From Kiritimatiellia bacterium (GTDB taxonomy: Bacteria; Verrucomicrobiota; Kiritimatiellia; SLAD01): 64,000 bases of DNA. Below, in pieces: positions 39,439-49,193 of the stretch (position 1 is its first letter; every line of letters starts with the position of its first letter). The notes beneath the pieces were generated by a model. It did no database searches. It was not told the origin of the DNA and saw only the letters and a program-made list of their open reading frames with translations. The position numbers were made by a program, and so were the translations under genes. The DNA lies in the NCBI GenBank assembly GCA_007136425.1, contig SLGY01000011.1, forward strand, positions 5,559 through 69,558. Reading direction: 5' to 3'.

Positions 39439-40443
39439 ATGAGCATGAAACATTGGCAGGAAACAGACGAGATTTATCAACGGCTACACGCGTTGACGGC
39501 GGCCGGCGAATCCGCGGCCCTGGCCGTGATTATCGGTATCGAAGGGTCCACGTACCGTCGGCCGGGCGCAAAACTGTTGATCGAACCGGATGGCCGGATG
39601 ATCGGTAACGTGAGCGGAGGATGCCTCGAACAGGATGTGCGGGAAACGGCGCTGGCGATCCTGCAGGACGGAACGGCGCGGCGCGTCCATTACGATACGA
39701 GCGATGAGGAAGATAAGGTCTGGGGCATGGGCTTGGGTTGTAACGGGAAAGTGGATCTTTTTGTTCAACGCATTACGCCGCGCGAACACGCCGGATTCGT
39801 TGAGGAGGTATGCGCCTTGCTGGGTGGGGATCGCCCGTTTGCGTTGCGCACGGAAATCGACGGCGATGCCCGCGGGCGACTGAGCGTCATGGAATCCGCC
39901 GAGGTCCGCACGGAATGGCGCGGGACCACGTTTACGGAACGGCTGGACCCGCCGCCGACGTTGCTGATCTGTGGGGCGGGGGATGACGCGCTGCCCCTGG
40001 CGCGTTTCGCGCACGAACTCGGATTTCGTGTCACCGTGGCGGATCATCGTTCGGCGTATCTGGCGCCCGACCGATTCCCCGACGGCGCCCGGCGCATGCA
40101 GGTGCGTCCGGAAGACGCGTTGGACGAACTGTTGGTCAATGCGAACACGTATGTCGTCGTCAAAACGCATGCCTTGGCCCATGACGCTGTATGGGTCGAT
40201 CGTCTGTTGCAGACGGAAGCGCCGTATATCGGTTTGCTCGGGCCGCGCGAGCGCCGCGACGACATACTGAAACGAACGGATCCAGCGGAGCGCGATCGCC
40301 TTTATGGCCCGGTCGGATTGGATCTTGGAGGCGAAGGGCCGGAACAGGTATCCTTGAGTATCGTGGCCGAAGCGTTGGCCGTCCTGCATAAGCGCGGGGC
40401 GGGGCACTTGAAGGACCGGACAAAGGCTATTCATACGGATTAA
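39439..40443 (+). CDS. XdhC/CoxI-family molybdenum-cofactor insertion accessory protein
   Basis: XdhC_CoxI N-domain plus Rossmann-like C-domain (LLICGAGDDALPLARFA). Confidence 0.75.
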   Translation: MSMKHWQETDEIYQRLHALTAAGESAALAVIIGIEGSTYRRPGAKLLIEPDGRMIGNVSGGCLEQDVRETALAILQDGTARRVHYDTSDEEDKVWGMGLGCNGKVDLFVQRITPREHAGFVEEVCALLGGDRPFALRTEIDGDARGRLSVMESAEVRTEWRGTTFTERLDPPPTLLICGAGDDALPLARFAHELGFRVTVADHRSAYLAPDRFPDGARRMQVRPEDALDELLVNANTYVVVKTHALAHDAVWVDRLLQTEAPYIGLLGPRERRDDILKRTDPAERDRLYGPVGLDLGGEGPEQVSLSIVAEALAVLHKRGAGHLKDRTKAIHTD

Positions 40444-40455
40444 ACGGGAGCGTGT

Positions 40456-41343
40456 ATGTCGGAAAAGATCATGGATGGAAAGGTGATAGCCGCTGAAATG
40501 CGGGAAGAGTTGAAGAAAAGGTTGGCGCCGCTGAAGGAGAAGGGGGTCATGCCCGGCTTGGGAGTGGTACTGGTGGGCGATGATCCGGCGTCGCGCTCGT
40601 ACGTAACCGCGAAGGAGCGGGCCTGTCAAGATGTGGGCATCCATTCGCAGGAAATCAGGCTGGACGCGCCTGCGCCGCTCGAAGAGATCCTTGACGCGGT
40701 GCGGGGATATAATCGCGATCCGGACATTCATGGAATCCTGGTACAGTTGCCGTTGCCCGATGCGCGTATGGAGGCGGAGGTCATTGCGGCGATCGATCCG
40801 GACAAGGATGTGGACGGCTTTCACCCGGTAAATATCGGTCGCATGATACTGGGTCTGCCCGCATTCCTGCCCTGCACGCCGCACGGTGTATTACAGATGT
40901 TGAAGCGCGCGGGTCAGTCCCCGAACGGTCGGCATGTGGTGATTATCGGGCGCAGCAACATCGTCGGCCGGCCTTTGGCCAATCTGTTAACACTGAAAAA
41001 TGAACTGGGCAATGCGACGGTCACCCTGTGCCACACCGGTACGGGCGATCTTGCGCATCATACGCGCCAAGCCGATATCATCGTGGCCGCCGCCGGGCGC
41101 CCGCATACCGTCACCGCAGACATGGTTCGAGACGGGGCAGTGGTCGTGGACGTGGGGGTCAATCGTGTGGACGACGCCTCGCGTCCGCGCGGCTACCGTT
41201 TGGTAGGTGACGTCGACTTCGACGGGGTGTTCGACAAGGTGTCCGCGATCACACCCGTGCCCGGAGGGGTGGGGCCGATGACGATTACGATGCTCTTATA
41301 CAACACGGTCGAGGCCGCTGAACGGAAGCAGCAACAGGGGTAA
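40456..41343 (+). CDS. folD: bifunctional methylenetetrahydrofolate dehydrogenase/methenyl-THF cyclohydrolase
   Basis: DGKVIAAEMREEL, PGLGVVLVGDDPASRSYV, GRSNIVGRPLA, TPVPGGVGPMT. Confidence 0.93.
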   Translation: MSEKIMDGKVIAAEMREELKKRLAPLKEKGVMPGLGVVLVGDDPASRSYVTAKERACQDVGIHSQEIRLDAPAPLEEILDAVRGYNRDPDIHGILVQLPLPDARMEAEVIAAIDPDKDVDGFHPVNIGRMILGLPAFLPCTPHGVLQMLKRAGQSPNGRHVVIIGRSNIVGRPLANLLTLKNELGNATVTLCHTGTGDLAHHTRQADIIVAAAGRPHTVTADMVRDGAVVVDVGVNRVDDASRPRGYRLVGDVDFDGVFDKVSAITPVPGGVGPMTITMLLYNTVEAAERKQQQG

Positions 41344-41347
41344 ACCC

Positions 41348-42466
41348 TTGCGAATACTCAACAAATATCTCCTGCATGATTACATGGTCATTTTCGTGAT
41401 GACCCTGTTGATTTTCACCTTTGTCATGTGCATTGGCGCCGTTGTCCGGGCCATCGATCTTGTGGCGCGGGGGGTGTCCGCTTGGGTGATCTTGCGCGCA
41501 TTCACGTATAATATCCCCTATATCCTGACCTTCTCCATTCCCATGAGCGCGATGACGACCGTGCTGCTGTTGTTCGGGCGGTTATCGGTGGATGGAGAGA
41601 TTACGGCCATGCGGGCGTCAGGGCTGAGTATGTGGCAGATCATATCGCCCGTGATCTTCATTTCTATTCTCCTTTCGACACTTTGTGTCTACCTGAATAT
41701 CACGGTGGCGCCCAACGCACATTTCGCGCGCCGCAAGGCCCTTGCGAATGTGGGGGTGGAAGATCCCATCAGCCTCCTGGAAGAGGGTCGCTTTGTTCGC
41801 GAATTTCCCGGATTCATGATCTATGTGGGAAGAAAAGATAAAGACGAGGTCAAGGATATCGTTGTGTACGAAACCGGTCCGGGAGGCGTCACCCGAAGCG
41901 TGCGCGCCCAATCCGGCAGCTTGAGCATGCCGGAAGAGCATATGATCTTGATCGATTTGTACGACGTACGCATCGATCAACCGGACGACGAGCATCCCGA
42001 CGATCCAGCGCGTACGCGCACGATTCATGCGCGGCATTATCCGGTGCCCCTTGACTTCTCGGATATGTTCGGCAGTGGCGAAGTGCGCAAGTCCAAATCT
42101 TCGATGACCCTGCTTGATTTGACCCATTCCATTCGTAACGTGCGCGAACTCTATCCGCAATTGAAGGAAGAGGAATTGCGGAGGGTGCGCATGGGCTATC
42201 TGGTGGAAGCCAACGAGCGCCTTGCCCTGTCCCTTTCCTGCTTTGCATTCACCTTGCTCGGCATTCCTTTGGGCATGAAATCGCGCCGACGGGAATCTTC
42301 CATTGGTGTAGGGATCAGCCTGGGCGTGGTCTTTATCTTCTATTTCTTCATCATTATCGCCGACGCCCTCGTGAGACATCCGCATTTGCACCCGGACATG
42401 ATCGTCTGGTTCCCGGTTATTGCGGGTGAAGCCATCGGGTTCATATTAATTCGCGCACATGATTAA
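41348..42466 (+). CDS. LPS export ABC transporter permease, LptF/LptG (YjgP/YjgQ) family
   Basis: 372 aa; TM-periplasmic loop-TM architecture of the YjgP/YjgQ family; TTG start. Confidence 0.75.
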   Translation: MRILNKYLLHDYMVIFVMTLLIFTFVMCIGAVVRAIDLVARGVSAWVILRAFTYNIPYILTFSIPMSAMTTVLLLFGRLSVDGEITAMRASGLSMWQIISPVIFISILLSTLCVYLNITVAPNAHFARRKALANVGVEDPISLLEEGRFVREFPGFMIYVGRKDKDEVKDIVVYETGPGGVTRSVRAQSGSLSMPEEHMILIDLYDVRIDQPDDEHPDDPARTRTIHARHYPVPLDFSDMFGSGEVRKSKSSMTLLDLTHSIRNVRELYPQLKEEELRRVRMGYLVEANERLALSLSCFAFTLLGIPLGMKSRRRESSIGVGISLGVVFIFYFFIIIADALVRHPHLHPDMIVWFPVIAGEAIGFILIRAHD

Positions 42467-42479
42467 GGGAGTACAGGAT

Positions 42480-43226
42480 ATGGAAAACACGAAAACAGAC
42501 GCACAACGGCCGGATGGCCGGGGCTTGGACGGCTTGCGCGGCGTATCGTTTCTAATGGATATCGCTCCGGCTGCGAAGGGGTCGGCCCTGATACGGGTGG
42601 GACGAACGGCGGTATTGTGCGGGGTGTCGGTGGAACAGAAGGTGCCGCGCTGGATGCAAGCTCAGAAGATTGAAGGCGGCTGGTTGACCGGCGAATACAG
42701 CATGCTGCCGTACGCGACAAGCGACCGTTCGTCGCGCGAGTCGTCCTTGGGCAGGATCAGCGGGCGTTCACAGGAAATCCAACGGCTTATCGGACGATCG
42801 CTCCGCGCCGTGACCGATCTGAAAGCGCTCGGACCGCGTACCGTATGGATCGACTGTGACGTGCTCGAAGCAGATGGCGGTACCCGGACCGCGTCGATTA
42901 CCGGCGCGTACGTCGCCTTGCGTCAGGCGGTCAATCGCCTGCTGGCGGAGGGCGCGCTGGAAGAGGACCCGATCAAGGAAGCCGTAGCGGCCGTCAGCGT
43001 CGGCCTGGTGCACGGCGTGCCGATGCTTGATTTGTGTTATGAAGAGGATCTGGCCGCCGAAGTGGACATGAACGTCGTCGTCACGGGTTCAGGCCGTTAT
43101 GTGGAGGTGCAGGGCACCGCGGAAGGCGAACCGTATCGCCGGGATCAACTCGACGCGATGCTCGCCTTGGCCGACAAGGGCTGCACGGAATTGATCCAGG
43201 CGCAGGAACAGGCGCTCGCCGGATAG
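42480..43226 (+). CDS. rph: ribonuclease PH
   Basis: Near-colinear match to E. coli RNase PH (GGTRTASITGAYVAL, VQGTAEGEPY); RBS AAGGGAG. Confidence 0.93.
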   Translation: MENTKTDAQRPDGRGLDGLRGVSFLMDIAPAAKGSALIRVGRTAVLCGVSVEQKVPRWMQAQKIEGGWLTGEYSMLPYATSDRSSRESSLGRISGRSQEIQRLIGRSLRAVTDLKALGPRTVWIDCDVLEADGGTRTASITGAYVALRQAVNRLLAEGALEEDPIKEAVAAVSVGLVHGVPMLDLCYEEDLAAEVDMNVVVTGSGRYVEVQGTAEGEPYRRDQLDAMLALADKGCTELIQAQEQALAG

Positions 43227-43232
43227 CCGCTC

Positions 43233-43562
43233 CTACAAATGCGGTTCGACTTTTTCTTTCAGCGCGGCTTTGCTCATCGCGCCCACAAGCTGTTCGGCTA
43301 CGTTGCCGGATTTGATGATCAGCAGGGTGGGGATGGAGCGCACCCCGAATTCGTTGGCCAGTTCCGGGCGTTCGTCCACATTGACCTTGGCGATCTTGAG
43401 CTTGTCGCCCAGATCGTCGGCGAGCTCGTCGAGAACCGGAGCAATCGCCTTGCAGGGACCGCACCATTCGGCCCAGAAATCCACCAGAACGGGCGTAGAC
43501 GATTCAAGGACTTCGCTTTTCCAGTTCGATTCGTTCACTTGTATGATCTTGTCACTTGCCAT
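43233..43562 (-). CDS. trxA: thioredoxin
   Basis: [12 protein letters not shown] active site, 109 aa. Confidence 0.93.
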   Translation of the reverse strand: MASDKIIQVNESNWKSEVLESSTPVLVDFWAEWCGPCKAIAPVLDELADDLGDKLKIAKVNVDERPELANEFGVRSIPTLLIIKSGNVAEQLVGAMSKAALKEKVEPHL

Positions 43563-43655
43563 GATATGTTTCCTTTAACGTTAGATGTACACATTGATAG
43601 CGCCGTGTAATAGGTCGCCGGATGCAGGCATACCTTACAGGGGGCGCGTACAGAA

Positions 43656-45023
43656 TCAAACCAACCTTCCCGGGAATGGGATGGCCGGCGAGAGCGTAGC
43701 CACCAGGACATATAGCAGGGCCAGGCTTACCAGTACGGCAATGATCGCCACCGCCGCGAAGGCCGGGTGCGCTTCTTCTTCGCGGTCGAGCTTGATCGCG
43801 CCGGCGCCTTCTTCGGTCGATTCTTCCGCGGGCGCCTGTCCCTTCTTGGCCGGCGGTCTGGCCACGGTCATGGCCGGGCGCGTACCGGAGGCCCCACCGG
43901 CGTCGGGACGCTTGATACGAATGGTCTTGCGCTGAGTGGGCGGGGTCGACGAGGTCACTTCGCGGGGCAGGTCGATCCGCGCCGTTTCACTCTTCTTCGC
44001 CTCATCGTAGTCGGACGGGATCGGTATCGTGGCGGCGGATTTCTTTTCCGGCTCGTCCTTGGGCCTTCCCACCTTCATTGTTCCGCTGGGTTTGTCTTGT
44101 GGCGAACCGTCGGCGCTGATGTGCATGGTTTCCTGCTTCATCAGCTCCTTCTTGTCCTCGTCCGAAAGCATCTCCTGTAGATCAAGCCGGGCGGTCGATT
44201 TCTTGGTGGATTCAGCGATCTCCGCCTTCTTCAACGCCTGCGATTCGTCGGCTACCTTTTGGCGGTCCGTTTCGCTCTTGCGTTGTTGCTCGTCCAGGAT
44301 AACGCGTTGGGTCGCATTCAGGGCCGCTTCATACAGATCATCCAGCGACTCTTCTTCGATGTTGTCCAAGCGAATGGTCTTTTCCTTGGAAGCATCGGCC
44401 AGCGGTTTCGCTTGCGCATCGCTCGATGGCGCGGTTTCAGTCGCCTTGACTTCCTGTTGCGGCGCGTCCGGCTTGTCCGCCTTGGGCGGTCTTGATTTCG
44501 GCGGCGGCTGGGCGTCGGAAAGCGATATCTTTGACGTGTCGGACTTCGGTTCAGCAGGCTTGCCGTTCGCAACCGGCCCATTGCCTTCGGCATCCTGTTT
44601 GGCTGGTTCGGACGCTTTCGCAGCTTCCGGCGATTTGGCCTTGCTCTCCGGTGGCGGGGCCATGGACAACTTGATCTTGGGCTTTTCCTCCTCTTTTTCG
44701 GCGGGGGGCTGCTGTTCGGATGAGGCGTCTTCCTTTGTATCGGCCGCAGGTTTCTCTTCCTCTTTCTTCTCTTGTCCGGCCGGCTCTTTCATCTTCACGT
44801 CGTCCAGTGATCCGAGCGACAACTTGATCTTGGGCTTTTCTTCCGACTTGGCGTTCTCATCGGATTTGTCCGTTGAGGCCGTTTCGGCAGGCGGCTTGCT
44901 GGAAGCGTCTGGTGGCTTCGGCGCGGGCGTCTTCGACGCATCGGTTTCAGGCGACGCGCTCAATGCGTCTAAATTGATTTTGGGAGGTTCCTTTTTCTCT
45001 TTGTTTTCAGCGTTGTCGGTCAT
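43656..45023 (-). CDS. lysine/proline/glutamate-rich low-complexity protein with C-terminal transmembrane anchor and repeated K-P-K-I-K-L-S-type motifs
   Basis: Start MTDNAENKEKK at 45023 with RBS GGGAG; repeated PPKINLDAL / KPKIKLSLG / KPKIKLSMA / KTIRLDN / TARLDL / TARIDL / KTIRIKR; C-terminal TM AFAAVAIIAVLVSLALLYVLVATL; the plus-strand serine-rich ORF 44029-45039 is its antisense shadow. Confidence 0.6.
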   Translation of the reverse strand: MTDNAENKEKKEPPKINLDALSASPETDASKTPAPKPPDASSKPPAETASTDKSDENAKSEEKPKIKLSLGSLDDVKMKEPAGQEKKEEEKPAADTKEDASSEQQPPAEKEEEKPKIKLSMAPPPESKAKSPEAAKASEPAKQDAEGNGPVANGKPAEPKSDTSKISLSDAQPPPKSRPPKADKPDAPQQEVKATETAPSSDAQAKPLADASKEKTIRLDNIEEESLDDLYEAALNATQRVILDEQQRKSETDRQKVADESQALKKAEIAESTKKSTARLDLQEMLSDEDKKELMKQETMHISADGSPQDKPSGTMKVGRPKDEPEKKSAATIPIPSDYDEAKKSETARIDLPREVTSSTPPTQRKTIRIKRPDAGGASGTRPAMTVARPPAKKGQAPAEESTEEGAGAIKLDREEEAHPAFAAVAIIAVLVSLALLYVLVATLSPAIPFPGRLV

Positions 45024-45275
45024 GCCTGTAACTCCCTGAATTGGTGTATAATATAGGCTAGTATCATTCATGCAGGCGGTCAAAATAAAAAAGACTGGAT
45101 AAAGCCCTCGGGGCGGAATATACAGTCAACAAGCACTTATCCCAAAACCCGGCTGAAATCGGTGCTGCAAGCGTCGCCATGCCCGATTCGATCTTGTGGC
45201 GTTTGTTGTTCCTCTTTCAGGCGGCAGTATGACTGGGGGTTCGGAGAGAAAGACGAGAAGCGGAATTCAGTAACC

Positions 45276-45794
45276 ATGCAATTGCGTCGATATATTCCAA
45301 CCGTCATCAGCGCCGGCATGGCGTTGCACTTGTTGACAGGCTGCGAGCCCCTGTCCGAAGGGGAATTGCGGGACTTTGAGTCGCGCGAATTCGGTCGCGA
45401 CGAGCAGCGCGCGCTGCTGCAAGACGCGGCGGAGTGGAATAGCGTGGATGGCGCCGTTGAGCTTGTGCGTTCCTTTGAGGCGCCGGACGAGGAGGAGGGA
45501 ACCACCGAGGAATGGATCCGGCGCAAGCGGGAGGCGATTGAAGGCGATGTCATGTTCCCGCGGTGGGATGGGCGCAGACTCGGTTCGCATCGTTTTGAGG
45601 TGCGTTACACGCATACGGTGATCGATTACGACTACAATATCGAGAAGTCCGGATACGCATGGGAAGCGGACACCATGCTGAAGACGGTGGTAGGGCCGAC
45701 GCCGTTGGAGCCGGCGGAACTGGAATCCCGTCCACGCCGGCCGTCGTTGACCGAGCCGTTGGACGAGCCCCTTGAAAACGGTATAGCCGAATGA
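45276..45794 (+). CDS. hypothetical lipoprotein
   Basis: MQLRRYIPTVISAGMALHLLTGC lipobox; 4-bp overlap with mutY. Confidence 0.5.
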   Translation: MQLRRYIPTVISAGMALHLLTGCEPLSEGELRDFESREFGRDEQRALLQDAAEWNSVDGAVELVRSFEAPDEEEGTTEEWIRRKREAIEGDVMFPRWDGRRLGSHRFEVRYTHTVIDYDYNIEKSGYAWEADTMLKTVVGPTPLEPAELESRPRRPSLTEPLDEPLENGIAE

Positions 45795-46900
45795 CGCAGG
45801 TGGCGTGTCCGAGCGCCGGAAACGACGCGGCTCGTTTGCGGAAGGCCGTGCGGAGACGGCTCTTGCCCTGGTTCGAACGGCATCAGCGGGTGCTGCCTTG
45901 GCGCACGAATCGCTCGGCCTACCGGGTGTGGATCGCGGAGCTCATGCTCCAGCAAACGCGCGTAGATCAGGCCGAGCCGTATTTTCGCCGTTTCATGAAA
46001 CAATTCCCGTCCCTCAAACGGCTCGCCGCCGCTTCGGAGCAGGAGGTCCTGAAGTGCTGGGAAGGCTTGGGGTATTACGCCCGAGCCCGCAATCTGCATC
46101 GCACGGCGCGTCGGATCATTAAAGAACGGCACGGACGATTTCCGCGTGACTATGAGACACTCAAGACATTGCCCGGGATTGGCCCCTATACGGCCGCCGC
46201 CATTGCGAGTCTGGCCTTCAACCGGGACCATGCCGTTCTTGACGGAAATGTCATCCGCGTTCTGAGCCGGGTTACGGCTCATGAAGGAGATATCCATCGT
46301 ACGGAAACCCGGCGCGCCCTGCAGGCGTGGGCCGATGCGTTGCTCATTCCCGGACGTGCCGCACCATTCAACGAGGCCATGATGGAGCTGGGAGCCATCA
46401 TTTGTACGCCGCGCAAACCGAAATGCGAACGCTGTCCACTTGCGGGTGTATGCGCCGCACGCCGCAAGGGGGAACCCGAAAAGTATCCGCGTCGTCGGCC
46501 GCGCGGCGCCGTACCGCACAAGGAGGTCGGGGCCGCCGTCGTGCGGAACCGGAAAGGCGAAGTCTTGATCGCTCAGCGCCGCGCTCAATCCATGCTGGGC
46601 GGCCTCTGGGAGTTTCCCGGCGGCACCCGGGAACCGGGCGAGACCATGCCCCAATGTGTCGCGCGGGAGTTGCAAGAGGAAATGGGCATTGATATTCGGG
46701 TCGGCGAACGATTAATGGTCGTGCGACACGCATACAGCCATTTCACCATTGCTCTGCACGTTTACCGGGCGACGCTCAGGAAAGGCCGGCCGCGCGCCAT
46801 TCAGTGCGCCGATTTCCGGTGGACGCCGATATCCGAACTGCGTTCGTTCCCGTTTTCGCGGGCCGACTTGCACGTCGTCGAGCGTCTGCAGGCGGAATAG
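45791..46900 (+). CDS. mutY: A/G-specific adenine DNA glycosylase
   Basis: HhH-GPD with LPGIGPYTAAAIASLAF, [4Fe-4S] loop CTPRKPKCERCPLAGVC, C-terminal NUDIX-like domain. Confidence 0.9.
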   Translation: MTQVACPSAGNDAARLRKAVRRRLLPWFERHQRVLPWRTNRSAYRVWIAELMLQQTRVDQAEPYFRRFMKQFPSLKRLAAASEQEVLKCWEGLGYYARARNLHRTARRIIKERHGRFPRDYETLKTLPGIGPYTAAAIASLAFNRDHAVLDGNVIRVLSRVTAHEGDIHRTETRRALQAWADALLIPGRAAPFNEAMMELGAIICTPRKPKCERCPLAGVCAARRKGEPEKYPRRRPRGAVPHKEVGAAVVRNRKGEVLIAQRRAQSMLGGLWEFPGGTREPGETMPQCVARELQEEMGIDIRVGERLMVVRHAYSHFTIALHVYRATLRKGRPRAIQCADFRWTPISELRSFPFSRADLHVVERLQAE

Positions 46901-46985
46901 CATATCCATGTTCAGCGGGCTGCTAAATGGTTTAACCTCTCTGATTGAAATTGCGGGGGGATCATGATTAAATGCGCTTGGCTAT

Positions 46986-47279
46986 ATGGAAATGGCGGAC
47001 AAACAACAGCGCGTAACGCTTGTTTTCGAGGGCCGCGTGCAGGGCGTCGGATTCCGGTTCACGGCGGTGGACATCGCGGCCCGGCACCGGATAACCGGCT
47101 ATGTGCGAAACGAATGGGATGGAACAGTATCGGTTGTGGCCGAAGGGCGAACATCGGCGATTGAAGCGTTTATCGCAGCGATATATCGGTCGCATCTGGG
47201 GATGGGCATTCACAACGAACAACGTAATTGGACGGAAGCCACCGGCGAATTCGAGCGCTTCGAAATTCGCTACGGATGA
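46986..47279 (+). CDS. acyP: acylphosphatase
   Basis: VQGVGFRF and GYVRNEWDGTV motifs. Confidence 0.85.
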   Translation: MEMADKQQRVTLVFEGRVQGVGFRFTAVDIAARHRITGYVRNEWDGTVSVVAEGRTSAIEAFIAAIYRSHLGMGIHNEQRNWTEATGEFERFEIRYG

Positions 47280-47291
47280 CGGGATTTCTTA

Positions 47292-48014
47292 ATGAAGTAT
47301 GCCATTCTAGGGGATATTCACGCGAATCTGGAGGCGTTAAATGCGGTGCTCTCGGATGCGAAAAAGCGCGGGGTCACGCATTACGTCTGCCTCGGAGACG
47401 TGGTGGGGTACAATGCCGATCCTGTAGCGTGCCTGGAACGGATCCAGGAACTCAATTGCCCCATTGTGCGCGGGAACCATGACCATTATTGCGGCATAAA
47501 CGACAATCTGAACGGATTCCACCCCATCGCGGCCGATGTGGTTAAATGGACGCGCGAACAGTTATCCGACGAGCAACGTCAGTACCTGCGCGGCCTCGAG
47601 TATGTATCCCGCGTGGAAACATTCACAATCGTACATAGCACACTGGATACCCCGGAGATGTGGGGGTACGTTTTCGACAAGCTCGAAGCCGACGCCAGTT
47701 TTGCGTATCAATCCACGGGATTATGTTTCTATGGGCATACGCATGTGCCGTTGGCTTTCGAAAAGACGGACCGAGTCCGTGTGGGCATCTATTCAAAGAT
47801 CAAGATCATGCTGGGCCGTAAATACTTCATCAACGCCGGAAGCGTAGGTCAGCCGCGTGACGGCGATCCCCGGGCCGCATATGTTACGTTTGACATGTTG
47901 AAGAATGAAATAGAGTTGCATCGCGTGGCGTACGATTTCCGCATTACGCAGAAGAAGATTGCCGATGCCGGCCTGCCGGAGCGTGTGGCGTCCCGCCTGG
48001 CGGTGGGCCGCTGA
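47292..48014 (+). CDS. metallophosphoesterase-family phosphodiesterase (YfcE-like)
   Basis: GDIHAN, GDVVGYNAD, GNHD metal-binding motifs. Confidence 0.8.
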   Translation: MKYAILGDIHANLEALNAVLSDAKKRGVTHYVCLGDVVGYNADPVACLERIQELNCPIVRGNHDHYCGINDNLNGFHPIAADVVKWTREQLSDEQRQYLRGLEYVSRVETFTIVHSTLDTPEMWGYVFDKLEADASFAYQSTGLCFYGHTHVPLAFEKTDRVRVGIYSKIKIMLGRKYFINAGSVGQPRDGDPRAAYVTFDMLKNEIELHRVAYDFRITQKKIADAGLPERVASRLAVGR

Positions 48015-48043
48015 CCGATCATCTCCTTATCTGAGCACAAATC

Positions 48044-48847
48044 ATGAAATATCTCATCCTTTCCTTCATAACGGCACTGGCATTGATCAGACCGGTTGCG
48101 GCGCAGATACAGGTTTCCTGTCGTGTTGAACCGCAGCGCGCTGTTTTGCATGAGCCGGTCATTGCCACCGTACGGGTATCGAACAATACCGGCCAGACCA
48201 TTACGTTGCGCGACGACAGGCCCGGAGCGCGGCTGTGGCTGAGCATTGAACAGTCGCCCGGTCGCCCGATTCGACAAACGGCGCCCTTTCTACTGGGGGA
48301 ACCGATGGTGATCCCCGCGCATCAGTCCGTAACGCGCCGGATCAATATTACGCAGTCCTATGATTTGCGTCAGACGGGGCCTTATACCGTTCGGGCGCGT
48401 GTGGACTGGGCGGGAGAAACCTTCATGTCCGGCAACATATATCTTGATGTGGTGCCGGGCCTGGAAATCGATCGGTTAACCGGCGCGGCGGCGGAGGACG
48501 GGTCCGGACGTCGCCTGTACCGGCTTCTCACGTTGAATCGGGAACGCGGAGAACATCTCTTTCTCCGAATCGACGATCAGGAACAGGGGCTTTGTTACGG
48601 CGTTATTCATCTCGGGCGCAGCCTGCGCTCGCAAGGCATCACCATGCAACTGGACGCGTCCAACCGTATCAATGTCCTGCACCAATCCGGTCCGGGCCGC
48701 TACCTTCACCACGTCGTCTCCCCGAACGGGAATGTGGTAACACGGCGCGCGTATACCAGCGATGAACCCGGGGTTTCCTTATCCCGCGGCCGTGACGGGC
48801 GCATGATCGTAGACGGCGCCACCACCAGCCTCCAGGACGATCCATAA
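48044..48847 (+). CDS. secreted hypothetical protein
   Basis: Signal peptide MKYLILSFITALALIRPVAAQ; no recognisable family. Confidence 0.5.
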   Translation: MKYLILSFITALALIRPVAAQIQVSCRVEPQRAVLHEPVIATVRVSNNTGQTITLRDDRPGARLWLSIEQSPGRPIRQTAPFLLGEPMVIPAHQSVTRRINITQSYDLRQTGPYTVRARVDWAGETFMSGNIYLDVVPGLEIDRLTGAAAEDGSGRRLYRLLTLNRERGEHLFLRIDDQEQGLCYGVIHLGRSLRSQGITMQLDASNRINVLHQSGPGRYLHHVVSPNGNVVTRRAYTSDEPGVSLSRGRDGRMIVDGATTSLQDDP

Positions 48848-48968
48848 GCGGCTGATTCGGACATGCGCGGGCAGATCCCCCAGCGACGATTCTTCGCCGC
48901 TGCTCTTTGATCCCGACAATTGACGTCGTTGCCTGACGATGTTACATATGGCGCTGCACCGTCGGTAA

Positions 48969-49055
48969 GCACCCGTGGTGGAACTGGCAGACACGCAAGA
49001 TTCAGGTTCTTGTGGCCGCAAGGCCGTGGAGGTTCGAATCCTCTCGGGTGCACCA
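48969..49055 (+). tRNA. tRNA-Leu (anticodon CAG)
   Basis: Cloverleaf folded by hand: acceptor GCACCCG/CGGGTGC, anticodon stem CAAGA/TCTTG with loop TTCAGGT, long variable arm GGCCGCAAGGCC, T-loop TTCGAAT, encoded CCA. Confidence 0.85.
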
Positions 49056-49159
49056 GCTTCGTTTGACGCGACGCGACGAACGGAACCTGTCGCGTTGAAC
49101 AGCCAAATTCCCCCGGAACACTCGGTTCGGTATCGTTCAGAAGAATGAGAATATATGTT

Positions 49160-49192
49160 GACGGTAACTATAAATACATTATAGTTACCGTC
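49160..49192. promoter_or_regulatory. perfect 14-bp inverted repeat GACGGTAACTATAA-N5-TTATAGTTACCGTC spanning the putative -35 (TTGACG) and -10 (TATAGT) of abiEi-2; near-leaderless start
   Basis: Read directly; -35 at 49158-49163, 17-nt spacer, -10 at 49181-49186, ATG at 49194. Confidence 0.6.
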
Positions 49193-49193
49193 C

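Noticed and set aside
44029-45039. 336-aa serine-rich plus-strand ORF
   Set aside because: Mirror image of the low-complexity minus-strand gene 43656-45023, which has an RBS and a coherent tail-anchor architecture; the plus-strand ORF has neither.
45791-46900. MutY-NUDIX as a novel fusion
   Set aside because: The C-terminal MutT/NUDIX-like domain is a normal, integral part of MutY that recognises 8-oxoG; this is not a new fusion.
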